From: an uncultured Erysipelotrichaceae bacterium
Lineage (GTDB): Bacteria > Bacillota_I > Bacilli_A > Erysipelotrichales > Erysipelotrichaceae
Reading direction: 5' to 3'
DNA: 32,000 nucleotides
Assembly (NCBI GenBank): GCA_942492995.1
Contig: OW818653.1
Location: 1,976,348 to 2,008,347, forward strand
Shown here: positions 17,035 to 24,878 of the stretch, piece after piece
Position numbering within the stretch: the stretch's first letter is position 1
How the letters are laid out: each line of letters starts with the position of its first letter
The notes under the pieces: model-generated
What the model was told of the DNA's origin: nothing
What the model saw: only the letters and a program-made list of their open reading frames with translations
Databases searched by the model: none
Made by a program: the position numbers and the translations under genes

Positions 17035-17970
17035 ATGTCAAAAATTGTACAAAGTGCACGTGAGCTAATTGGAGAAACACCTCTATTACATCTAAATCGT
17101 TTTGCGAAATTAAATAATCTTGAAGCTGAACTATACGCTAAATTAGAATCATTTAATCCAGCGGGGAGTGTTAAGGATCGTATTGCGTTAAGCATGATCG
17201 AAAAAGCAGAAAAAGATGGTCTATTAAAAGAAGGTTCAGTAATTGTAGAACCAACGAGTGGTAATACTGGAATTGGACTTGCGGCGATTGCGGCAAGTAA
17301 AGGGTATCGTATTATCCTAACAATGCCTGAAACAATGAGTGTTGAACGTCGTAAATTACTAAAAGCATATGGTGCAGAATTGGTATTAACTGAAGGTCCA
17401 CTAGGGATGAAGGGCGCAATCGCAAAAGCGACAGAATTATTAAATACAATTCCAAATGCATTTATGCCATCACAATTTGAAAATCCTGCTAATCCAGAAG
17501 TACATTATCGTACAACTGGTAAAGAAATATTTGATGCGTTGGATGGTAAAATCGATATACTTGTTGCGGGTATCGGGACAGGTGGAACGATTAGTGGTGT
17601 TGGTAAATACTTGAAGGAAAGAATACCTGGAGTTAAGGTAATTGCGGCAGAACCATTTGATGCGCCATTGTTATCAGAAGGTCGTCCTGGTCCGCATAAG
17701 ATTCAAGGTTGGGCAGCTGGTTTCATTCCCGCAACACTTGATACAAGTATTTATGATGAAGTATTAAAAGTTAAAACAGAAGAAGCTTTTGACAAAGCGC
17801 GTAAGCTTGCTAAAATAGAAGGTGTTTTAGTTGGGATTTCAAGTGGGGCAGCTCTACATAGCGCTACTGAAATCGCATTAAGACCAGAAAATAAGGGAAA
17901 GACAATTGTTGTTATATTCCCAGATAACGGAGAACGTTATTTATCTACTGCTTTATTTGAAGCAGAATAA
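17035..17970 (+). CDS. cysK: Cysteine synthase A (O-acetylserine sulfhydrylase)
   Basis: 311 aa. PLP-lysine block LESFNPAGSVKDR, PTSGNTGIGLA, and GIGTGGTISG, plus overall CysK length and termini. Confidence 0.92.
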   Translation: MSKIVQSARELIGETPLLHLNRFAKLNNLEAELYAKLESFNPAGSVKDRIALSMIEKAEKDGLLKEGSVIVEPTSGNTGIGLAAIAASKGYRIILTMPETMSVERRKLLKAYGAELVLTEGPLGMKGAIAKATELLNTIPNAFMPSQFENPANPEVHYRTTGKEIFDALDGKIDILVAGIGTGGTISGVGKYLKERIPGVKVIAAEPFDAPLLSEGRPGPHKIQGWAAGFIPATLDTSIYDEVLKVKTEEAFDKARKLAKIEGVLVGISSGAALHSATEIALRPENKGKTIVVIFPDNGERYLSTALFEAE

Positions 17971-17978
17971 GGAGCACT

Positions 17979-18554
17979 ATGAATCAACGCCAATCAATAC
18001 AAAGGATTACACGTCTTGGGATTTTAATTGCGATAATCGTATTAATGACGTTTGTGCCTAATATTGGTTATATCCAAACAGGATTATTATCGATCACTAC
18101 GATTCATATTCCTGTAATTGTTGGGTCGGCATTATTGGGTCCAATTGGTGGACTTGTATTAGGGACAACTTGGGGTATTACGAGTTTCTTAAAAGTATTA
18201 TCCATGCCAAGTACGATAGAAACCGCAATCTTCTTAAATCCAATGGTATCTATTTTTCCGAGAATTTTAGTTGGATTAATTATTTCGTATACAACGATGG
18301 GTTTAAGTAAATTAGTTAAGAATAAAGATTTGAAATATGCATTAGTTGCTGGAATTGGGACATTATCCAATACAGTGCTTGTCTTAAGTTCAATCTTCAT
18401 TTTTGCGCAAGGTGGTGTGTTGAGTTTCAATCAAGCATTCTCGGTTATCGTAACGGTAATCATATCAACGAATGGTTTGTTAGAACTGATTTCTGCCGTA
18501 ATTCTTGTACCTATTATCATACGAGCGATATCAAAAGTAATACCTCAGCAATAA
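17979..18554 (+). CDS. ECF-transporter S component-like membrane protein, substrate unassigned
   Basis: 191 aa with about 6 TM helices. After the N-terminal RITRLGILIAIIVLMTF comes a GxxxGPxxGxxxG-like segment (VGSALLGPIGGLVLGTTWG), typical of the ECF S component (PF12822-like) family. It starts 8 nt after the cysK stop, and no ecfA/ecfT genes are in the window. Confidence 0.6.
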   Translation: MNQRQSIQRITRLGILIAIIVLMTFVPNIGYIQTGLLSITTIHIPVIVGSALLGPIGGLVLGTTWGITSFLKVLSMPSTIETAIFLNPMVSIFPRILVGLIISYTTMGLSKLVKNKDLKYALVAGIGTLSNTVLVLSSIFIFAQGGVLSFNQAFSVIVTVIISTNGLLELISAVILVPIIIRAISKVIPQQ

Positions 18555-18573
18555 TTCGCTGGGGTATTTTTTT
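18542..18573 (+). terminator. Intrinsic terminator after the cysK / S-component operon
   Basis: 8-bp stem ACCTCAGC / GCTGGGGT (one G-U pair) with loop AATAATTC, followed by ATTTTTTTT. Confidence 0.65.
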
Positions 18574-18648
18574 ATGGGCATATGTTTTGAAGTGTACGAT
18601 TAATATTGGTAAATTATGGGTAGAAATTAATCTAAGGAGATCAAATCT

Positions 18649-19254
18649 ATGAAATACACATTACCTACTCTACCTTTTGCCTATGACGCATTAGAACCAC
18701 ACATTGATACACTAACGATGACAATTCATCACACGAAGCATCACCAAGCCTATGTCGATAATTTAAATGCGGCATTGGATAAACACCCTGAATTAGAACT
18801 AACGCTTGACGCGTTATTGAAAGATCTTGATAAAGTACCTGCAGATATACAAACTGCAGTACGAAACAATGGTGGAGGAGTTTTCAATCACAACTTATTC
18901 TGGACACTCTTAACCCCAGCTCATGGACAAACACCTACTAAACCTGTTCTAGAAGCGATTGTGGCTAAGTTTGGAACGTTAGATGCGTTTAAAGCTGAAT
19001 TCGAAACAGCCGCAAAAACACGTTTTGGAAGTGGATGGGCATGGTTGGTCGTAACAGCTGATAAAACATTAAAAGTTGTATCTACTCCAAATCAAGATGT
19101 TCCATTTAATGAAGGTACTCCAATCCTAGCGCTTGATGTGTGGGAACATGCTTATTATTTGAAGTACCAAAACCGTCGTCCAGAATATGTATCTAACTTC
19201 TGGAATGTTGTAAATTGGGAAGTAGTTGAACGTTTGTACTTAGCCGCTGTATAA
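18649..19254 (+). CDS. sodA: Superoxide dismutase (Mn/Fe)
   Basis: 201 aa. [34 protein letters not shown], and [15 protein letters not shown] metal-ligand motifs. A candidate promoter, TTGAAG-17-TAAATT, lies upstream (~18590-18620). Confidence 0.92.
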   Translation: MKYTLPTLPFAYDALEPHIDTLTMTIHHTKHHQAYVDNLNAALDKHPELELTLDALLKDLDKVPADIQTAVRNNGGGVFNHNLFWTLLTPAHGQTPTKPVLEAIVAKFGTLDAFKAEFETAAKTRFGSGWAWLVVTADKTLKVVSTPNQDVPFNEGTPILALDVWEHAYYLKYQNRRPEYVSNFWNVVNWEVVERLYLAAV

Positions 19255-19261
19255 TAGCGAC

Positions 19262-19909
19262 ATGAAAGATAAAAAAACTCTTGTAAAACTAAGTTTAGGT
19301 GAAGAGATTGGCAATAGCGTTACACATGGTGTTATGGCACTCTTGATGTTAATCGCATTACCAATTGGGGCAGTACTTGCCTATAACAGAGGTGGATGGA
19401 TTTTAACTCTTGGCATCTCTGTATTCGTGATTAGTCTGTTCCTCATGTTTCTTAGCTCATGTTTATATCACGCGATGGCGTACGATAGTAAACATAAATC
19501 AGTGATGCGAATTCTAGATCATATCTTTATTTATGTCGCAATTGCCGGTAGTTATACACCAGTTGCCTTATCCATTATCAAAGGATGGCAAGGTATTTTA
19601 ATCCTCGTTATACAATGGACAATGGTTCTATTTGGAGTGCTATACAAATCACTCTCAAAGAAATCACTTCCTAAAGCTTCTGTTAGTATTTATCTAACCA
19701 TGGGATGGGTTGCGGTATTCTTTATGCCAACTCTTATCAAAGTGGCAGACCCGCGTTTTATGATCTTGCTTGCGTTAGGTGGAATATTCTATAGTATCGG
19801 TGCTTGGTTCTATAGCCAAAAACATCGCCCATATTTCCACTTCATCTGGCATCTGTTTATAAACTTTGCGGCAATTGCTCACTTCTCAGCCATGTTGTTC
19901 TATATTTAG
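19262..19909 (+). CDS. Hemolysin III family (PAQR/YplQ-type) 7-TM protein
   Basis: 215 aa and 7 TM helices. EEIGNSVTHGV near the N-terminus, LSSCLYH, DHIFIY, and FHFIWHLF His-rich motifs of the PAQR/HlyIII family. Confidence 0.85.
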   Translation: MKDKKTLVKLSLGEEIGNSVTHGVMALLMLIALPIGAVLAYNRGGWILTLGISVFVISLFLMFLSSCLYHAMAYDSKHKSVMRILDHIFIYVAIAGSYTPVALSIIKGWQGILILVIQWTMVLFGVLYKSLSKKSLPKASVSIYLTMGWVAVFFMPTLIKVADPRFMILLALGGIFYSIGAWFYSQKHRPYFHFIWHLFINFAAIAHFSAMLFYI

Positions 19910-19923
19910 TTAACTAATCATCA

Positions 19924-19954
19924 CAAAAGTCTCAGGCATTGAGACTTTTGTTTT
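19924..19954 (+). terminator. Intrinsic terminator
   Basis: 11-bp perfect stem CAAAAGTCTCA / TGAGACTTTTG with loop GGCAT, followed by TTTTG. Confidence 0.75.
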
Positions 19955-19988
19955 GTTATAATGAAAATAACTTAAAGGGACAAAGGAC

Positions 19989-21221
19989 ATGAAATTAAAT
20001 AAATCTGAACGAAGTTGGATACTCTATGATGTAGCGAACTCAGCTTTTATTTTGATTGTTACAGCGACGATTCCCATCTATTTTAGAGCACTAGCCACAA
20101 CAGCTAATGTTCCAGATCATGAAATCTCGGCTTGGTTCGGAGGCGCAACCTCTACTGCAGTCATTATTTTAGCTATCATCTCTCCAATATTAGGTGCGAT
20201 TGCGGATTATAAGGGAATGAAGAAGAAAATGTTTGTTGGTTTCTTAGCTGTTGGTATTCTTGGCGCATTAACCATGGCGATTATGACTGATTGGATGGCG
20301 TTCTTATTCTTATTTATATTAGCTCGTATTGGATATTCCGCATGCAATATCTTCTATGATTCAATGTTAGTTGATGTCGCAGAAGATGAAAGAATGGATA
20401 TGTTAAGTTCAATGGGATATGCCTTTGGGTATATCGGAAGTACGATACCATTTATACTAGGAATCGTCTTAATCTTCACGAAACCTTTTGGGATTAGTAC
20501 AACACAAGCGACTCAATTGTCGTTCTTAATTACAGTTATTTGGTGGGGCTTACTCAGTATTCCACTACTTAAAAACGTTAAACAACAATATTACTTACCA
20601 CCCATTAAAAATGTCGTAAAAACATCATTCGAACGAGTATTCAAAACACTCGCAAAAATTCGTCAAGATAAACGTATGTTCTATTTTATCGTTGGATATT
20701 TCTTCTATATTGATGGTGTCTATACAATAATTTCTATGGCCACAACATATGGTGGTGAAGTTGGAATCGATAGTACACTTATGATTGCGGCACTATTGTT
20801 AACACAAATTATTGCCTTCCCATTTGCGATTTTAGCTGGTATGTTGTCGAAGAAGTTTGGACCAATTCGTTTAATTAAAGTCTATATCTTAATCTATATC
20901 TTTATCGCAATATTTGGTTTCCAATTAGATAAAGCATGGGAATTCTGGTTCTTAGCCATCATGGTTGCGTTAGCACAAGGTGGTGTACAATCCTTATCGC
21001 GTTCTTATTTTGGTAAGATTGTACCTAAAAATGAATCTAATGAATACTTTGGATTCTTCGATATATTCGGAAAATTCGCTGATTTCTTTGGACCACTTAT
21101 TCTATCCGTCACAGCGATATTCTTTAAATCATCACGTTATGGAATATTAGCACTTATTGTTCTATTTATCATTGGTTATTGGATGGTGCATAAAGTTCAA
21201 AAGATAGATAATGCGGCATAA
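19989..21221 (+). CDS. MFS transporter (UMF1 / Atg22-like family)
   Basis: 410 aa with about 12 TM helices. The N-terminal SWILYDVANSAF and later FFYIDGV motifs are typical of the UMF1 MFS family. Confidence 0.75.
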   Translation: MKLNKSERSWILYDVANSAFILIVTATIPIYFRALATTANVPDHEISAWFGGATSTAVIILAIISPILGAIADYKGMKKKMFVGFLAVGILGALTMAIMTDWMAFLFLFILARIGYSACNIFYDSMLVDVAEDERMDMLSSMGYAFGYIGSTIPFILGIVLIFTKPFGISTTQATQLSFLITVIWWGLLSIPLLKNVKQQYYLPPIKNVVKTSFERVFKTLAKIRQDKRMFYFIVGYFFYIDGVYTIISMATTYGGEVGIDSTLMIAALLLTQIIAFPFAILAGMLSKKFGPIRLIKVYILIYIFIAIFGFQLDKAWEFWFLAIMVALAQGGVQSLSRSYFGKIVPKNESNEYFGFFDIFGKFADFFGPLILSVTAIFFKSSRYGILALIVLFIIGYWMVHKVQKIDNAA

Positions 21222-21227
21222 AATAAT

Positions 21228-21257
21228 AGCTACTAGAGAAGTTCTAGTAGCTTTTTT
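21228..21257. terminator. Bidirectional intrinsic terminator between MFS and pepF
   Basis: 10-bp perfect stem AGCTACTAGA / TCTAGTAGCT with loop GAAGT, flanked by AAAATAAT and TTTTTTAT. Confidence 0.75.
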
Positions 21258-21258
21258 A

Positions 21259-22953
21259 TTACAACTTTGAATCGTCAATCGAGAAGAGATAATCTTCCAC
21301 GTCTTTGATAATTGAAGGTATACATTCTTTTTCAAAAGGTGAGATAAGATTCGCATCTTTGATAATATTCACAAATGATTTTGTGCCACCAATATTACAA
21401 ATCTTTAAATAGTCTTTAAATGTATTGGGATCATTATGCATTGCACGTTTCCAGAACTGCATCGCACAGACACCGGCTAATGTGTAATCAATATAATAGA
21501 ACGGTGTAGAGAAGATGTGACCTTGATTAAACCAGAAAGTACCTTTATCTAAGAATTCATTCTCAGAATAATCTTTGTGTGGTACATACATCTTTTCAAG
21601 TTTTCTCCAAACTGCTTTACGTTCTTCTGGAGTGTATTCAGGATGTGCGTATACTTCATGTTGGAAGTGATCGACAGAAACGCCATAGGGTAAGAATTTA
21701 ACGTTGTCAGCTAAGTGAGAATACTTAAACTTATCCGTATCTTCTTTAAAGAAACGATCCATCCATGGCCATGTTAAGTACTCCATACTCATCGAATGGA
21801 TTTCACAACTCTCATACGTTGGGAATGAACACTCTGGCACATCTACCCATCTTGATTGATAGACTTGGAAAGCGTGACCTGCTTCATGGGTTAGGACTTC
21901 TACATCTCCCGCAGTTTGGTTAAAGTTTGAGAAAATGAATGGTGAAGAATAGTCAGGAATGTATGTACAATATCCACCACCTTGTTTACCTTTCTTAGCT
22001 ACTAAGTCAAGTAAATCATGTTCAACCATAAACTTAAAGAATTCATCTGTTTCAGGACTAAGTTCATGATACATTTGTGATGCTAATTGAACCATTTCTT
22101 GAGGATTGAATTTTGGGATAGGATTACCTGTCTTAAAATCAAAGCTAATATCATAATAAGCTAGTTTATCCAATTCAAGACGATTGGCTTGTTTTGCATA
22201 TAATTTTTGAGCTAAAGGGACGACATATTCAAGAACTTGGTTACGATAAAATTCAACCATCTTCGCATCATAATCTAAACGATTCATTCTTAAGTAACCT
22301 AACGGAATATAGTTTTCAAAGCCTAATTTATGGGCGATATTCGTACGAACTTTAACTAAATTATCATAGATTGTATCTAGATTATTCTCATTCGTCATCA
22401 AGAAAGATGTACGTGCTTCAAAAGCGCGTTTACGGGTCAATCGATCAGGATTCTGGGTAAAAGGTGTTAATTGACTTAAGGTATAAATACCACCATCAAA
22501 CTCAATCTGTGCGCTTGCCATTAACTTGTAATATTCAGAAACAAGTTTATTTTCTTCTTGAAGTAATTCAATAATCTCTGGTTTAAATGTTTTAATTGCG
22601 TTTTCAGCTAATTGAAAAAATGTAACTGGATAGATGTCTTTAAGATCTTGTAAGTATTCAGAATTTAAAACCGCATCATAGAATTGCATCGTTAATTCAG
22701 TATAAAGTGGATTTTGATTATCCCAGTATTCATTCTCAGCTTCATAAAATGGGTCTTGTGTATTAATTGAATGTCGAATACTTGATAATTGTGACATGGT
22801 ATCGATTGTTAAGCGTATTTGGTTTATTTTGCGAAAGTATATGCGTTGTTCAGCTCCGTCGTTGGATTGTTTAAATCCTTCTAGAAGTGTAAGAAACTCT
22901 TTTTTTATAGACTCGAAATCAGGTCTTTGGTAGACATATTCATTAAATTTCAT
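21259..22953 (-). CDS. pepF: Oligoendopeptidase F family (M3B) zinc metallopeptidase
   Basis: HEAGHAF zinc motif with a downstream E (CEIHSMSMEY), and M3B length. I moved the start to ATG 22953 (MKFNEYVYQRPDF), 8 nt after AGAGGT. The track start at 23019 adds 22 residues with no SD. Confidence 0.85.
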   Translation of the reverse strand: MKFNEYVYQRPDFESIKKEFLTLLEGFKQSNDGAEQRIYFRKINQIRLTIDTMSQLSSIRHSINTQDPFYEAENEYWDNQNPLYTELTMQFYDAVLNSEYLQDLKDIYPVTFFQLAENAIKTFKPEIIELLQEENKLVSEYYKLMASAQIEFDGGIYTLSQLTPFTQNPDRLTRKRAFEARTSFLMTNENNLDTIYDNLVKVRTNIAHKLGFENYIPLGYLRMNRLDYDAKMVEFYRNQVLEYVVPLAQKLYAKQANRLELDKLAYYDISFDFKTGNPIPKFNPQEMVQLASQMYHELSPETDEFFKFMVEHDLLDLVAKKGKQGGGYCTYIPDYSSPFIFSNFNQTAGDVEVLTHEAGHAFQVYQSRWVDVPECSFPTYESCEIHSMSMEYLTWPWMDRFFKEDTDKFKYSHLADNVKFLPYGVSVDHFQHEVYAHPEYTPEERKAVWRKLEKMYVPHKDYSENEFLDKGTFWFNQGHIFSTPFYYIDYTLAGVCAMQFWKRAMHNDPNTFKDYLKICNIGGTKSFVNIIKDANLISPFEKECIPSIIKDVEDYLFSIDDSKL

Positions 22954-23027
22954 GATAGTACCTCTGTAATAGTTTAACGCGTACGTAAACAAAATAAAAG
23001 GATGACATGGTATAATCAAACATATCT

Positions 23028-23960
23028 ATGATAACGAAACGATTGTGGCTTAGTATTTTATGCTTAATGATTCTAACATCCTGTTCGATGTTTTTTCCTG
23101 AAGTAAAAGAAGATCGGCCTTTAATTATTGAAGGATTAAGTGGAAAAGATCGCCAATTTACCTTAGCGGGCTTACCAAGTTATGTCCAAGAAGATAATGT
23201 ATATCGAATCATCGATGAGAAGGAATTAGCACTACTATCAATCATTCAAGAAAGAGAAAATGTACTAAAGGTTTTCTATGTGAGTGATAATCCAATCTCA
23301 ATTGATAAAACATTTGCATATATCGAAAGTGTTATCGCATATCCATTTAATATCACAATGACCGAAATTCCTTATACACGAAATGGTGAAGTTCTAACGA
23401 CGCTCTTTTCAATCGAAATTATGCCAAATGATGAAAATTATAAATCTATATATGATATTGGGAAAACGTGGAATCAATCCATTATTAAAGATGGGATGAG
23501 TAATAAAGAAAAAATAAAAGCGATACACGATGAAATCGTATTAGTAACACAGTATGACACAAGTATACTTGACATCGACTTAAGCGCATCTGTTAGACAT
23601 CCTTCATTTGAGGCAACAGGTGTATTTAACTACAATACTGCAGTTTGTAGCGGATATTCACGAGCGTTTAATGTGTTGGCACATGATCAAGGTATTCCAT
23701 CAATCATGGTGTCTTCCATTAGCATGTTACATGCATGGAACTTAGTATACGATGGTTTAAGTTGGAAATTTGTTGATACAACATTTAATGACCCTATTCC
23801 GAATCGTGAGAATAGAGTGCTATATACGTATTATCTTTTAAACAAAAATCAGTTCATACAAGATGGGAAACATACGTTTGATAAGAGTTCTGATACGACA
23901 TTATCAGCAGAAGAATATATTGAATTCGCTGAGTATGTTTATCCTGAAACAAAGCAATAA
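23028..23960 (+). CDS. Lipoprotein with a C-terminal transglutaminase-like (Cys-His-Asp) core
   Basis: Signal peptide plus lipobox (LMILTSC). The C-terminal AVCSGYSRAFNVLAH ... MLHAWNLV ... FVDTTFND arrangement matches the transglutaminase-like cysteine peptidase core. Confidence 0.7.
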   Translation: MITKRLWLSILCLMILTSCSMFFPEVKEDRPLIIEGLSGKDRQFTLAGLPSYVQEDNVYRIIDEKELALLSIIQERENVLKVFYVSDNPISIDKTFAYIESVIAYPFNITMTEIPYTRNGEVLTTLFSIEIMPNDENYKSIYDIGKTWNQSIIKDGMSNKEKIKAIHDEIVLVTQYDTSILDIDLSASVRHPSFEATGVFNYNTAVCSGYSRAFNVLAHDQGIPSIMVSSISMLHAWNLVYDGLSWKFVDTTFNDPIPNRENRVLYTYYLLNKNQFIQDGKHTFDKSSDTTLSAEEYIEFAEYVYPETKQ

Positions 23961-23979
23961 AACTTTTCAGTGTATACGC

Positions 23980-24007
23980 TTGCAATAATAATTAAATTCG
24001 ATACAAT
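23980..24007 (+). promoter_or_regulatory. Candidate sigma-A promoter of the leader / ankyrin / EF-G-paralog operon
   Basis: TTGCAA (23980-23985), a 16-nt spacer, then TACAAT (24002-24007). A perfect tandem AAGTATA AAGTATA (24010-24023) lies at the expected transcription start. Confidence 0.5.
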
Positions 24008-24039
24008 GAAAGTATAAAGTATAGAAAGAGGTGTTCATA

Positions 24040-24135
24040 ATGACAAGGGTATTGACTGTTTTTCTTGTCACACAAGACAATCAAACAACCGAGGTTGATG
24101 TCTTCGGCTGTGAATGCTTCATGAATGATTTTTAA
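24040..24135 (+). CDS. Candidate 31-codon leader ORF (MTRVLTVFLVTQDNQTTEVDVFGCECFMNDF)
   Basis: AAGAGGTG SD ends 6 nt before ATG 24040. The TAA at 24133-24135 overlaps the first bases of the terminator's 5' arm. It is too short for the ORF track, and I know of no homology. Confidence 0.35.
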   Translation: MTRVLTVFLVTQDNQTTEVDVFGCECFMNDF

Positions 24136-24170
24136 GATGGGTCTGGTGTGTCCATCTTTTTTATTTTCTT
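24134..24170 (+). terminator. Intrinsic terminator inside the operon leader (attenuator candidate)
   Basis: AAGATGG (24134-24140) / CCATCTT (24152-24158) with an 11-nt loop, followed by TTTTTTATTTTCTTTGTTT. It sits between the promoter and leader ORF and the ankyrin gene SD (AAGGAGG at 24184-24190). Confidence 0.7.
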
Positions 24171-24197
24171 TGTTTGAAGTACCAAGGAGGAACCAAT

Positions 24198-24866
24198 ATG
24201 GATCAAACAAATCAATTATTCTGGGAAGCAGCTGCAAGTGGTGACTTTCAAAAAGTCGTCGCAGCGCTAAACCAGGGCGCGGACGTAAATGTTCGCAATG
24301 CAGAGGCTAGAACAGCTTTAATGCGTACGGCAAAACGTGGGCATGAAAAAGTAGTTCGTTACCTGATTGATCATGGGGCTGATGTGAACGCAAAAGACAA
24401 TAATGGGAAGACGGCTTTGATGGGAGCGGCTAAAAAAGGCCACAATGAGATTGTGAAGATGTTAGTTGATGCGGGTGCGGATGTAAATATTCAGGATGTA
24501 AAAGGTCGCACTGCACTAATGCGTGCAGGATTCTTAGGTCACAATGAAGTTGTGGATATGTTAATTAAAAAGAATGCGAATGTGAATGCTAAAGATGAAA
24601 TGGGTAGAACCGTTCTTATGGAAGCTTGTTTAGCCTTTAGATATGATGTAATTAAGTTATTAGTAGATAAGAATGTAGAAATAAATGAACAAGATAATAA
24701 TGGATGTACAGCTTTAATGCGCGCTGCGTATAGTGGTTATGCGGAGTTAGTACAATATTTACTCGATCATGGGGCAGACAAAGAATTAATCGATTCAGAA
24801 GGTAATAAAGCCATTCACTATGTTAGAACTGATTGTTTAACGGAACTTAAACCGTTACTGAAATAG
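24198..24866 (+). CDS. Ankyrin-repeat protein with about 6.5 ANK repeats and no signal peptide
   Basis: Six consecutive 33-aa repeats of the form TALMxAAkkGHxEvVkxLvdxGADVNakDnxGx, for example TALMRTAKRGHEKVVRYLIDHGADVNAKDNNGK and TALMGAAKKGHNEIVKMLVDAGADVNIQDVKGR, plus capping half-repeats. The start at ATG 24198 lies 7 nt after AAGGAGG. The track start at 24174 lies upstream of the SD. Confidence 0.85.
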   Translation: MDQTNQLFWEAAASGDFQKVVAALNQGADVNVRNAEARTALMRTAKRGHEKVVRYLIDHGADVNAKDNNGKTALMGAAKKGHNEIVKMLVDAGADVNIQDVKGRTALMRAGFLGHNEVVDMLIKKNANVNAKDEMGRTVLMEACLAFRYDVIKLLVDKNVEINEQDNNGCTALMRAAYSGYAELVQYLLDHGADKELIDSEGNKAIHYVRTDCLTELKPLLK

Positions 24867-24878
24867 GGGAATAAAATA

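Noticed and set aside
18104-18430. 108-aa minus-strand ORF
   Set aside because: It is antisense to the ECF S-component gene. The plus-strand product has a coherent 6-TM architecture and is translationally positioned behind cysK.
13238-19909. The CNNM protein ('hemolysin family') and the hemolysin-III family protein (19262-19909) as virulence or toxin genes
   Set aside because: Both names are historical. The domain content (DUF21-CBS-CorC and a PAQR 7-TM protein) indicates ion homeostasis and membrane housekeeping roles, and no secretion or toxin context is present.
22954-23019. 22-residue N-terminal extension of pepF
   Set aside because: No SD is present and the peptide is hydrophobic and odd. 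The M3B family N-terminus (MKFNEYVYQRPDF) starts at 22953 and has its own SD.
24008-24197. T-box or another known riboswitch upstream of the ankyrin / EF-G-paralog operon
   Set aside because: The leader is only ~160 nt. I find no T-box consensus (AAnnnGGGTGGTACCGCG-like), no specifier-loop architecture, and no core of the riboswitch classes I can recognise by eye. An Rfam scan is still needed for certainty.
23992-24237. 81-aa minus-strand ORF across the ankyrin-operon leader
   Set aside because: It runs antisense through a promoter, a leader ORF, an intrinsic terminator and the ankyrin SD and start. It has no SD and no motif, so the plus-strand regulatory interpretation explains the region better.
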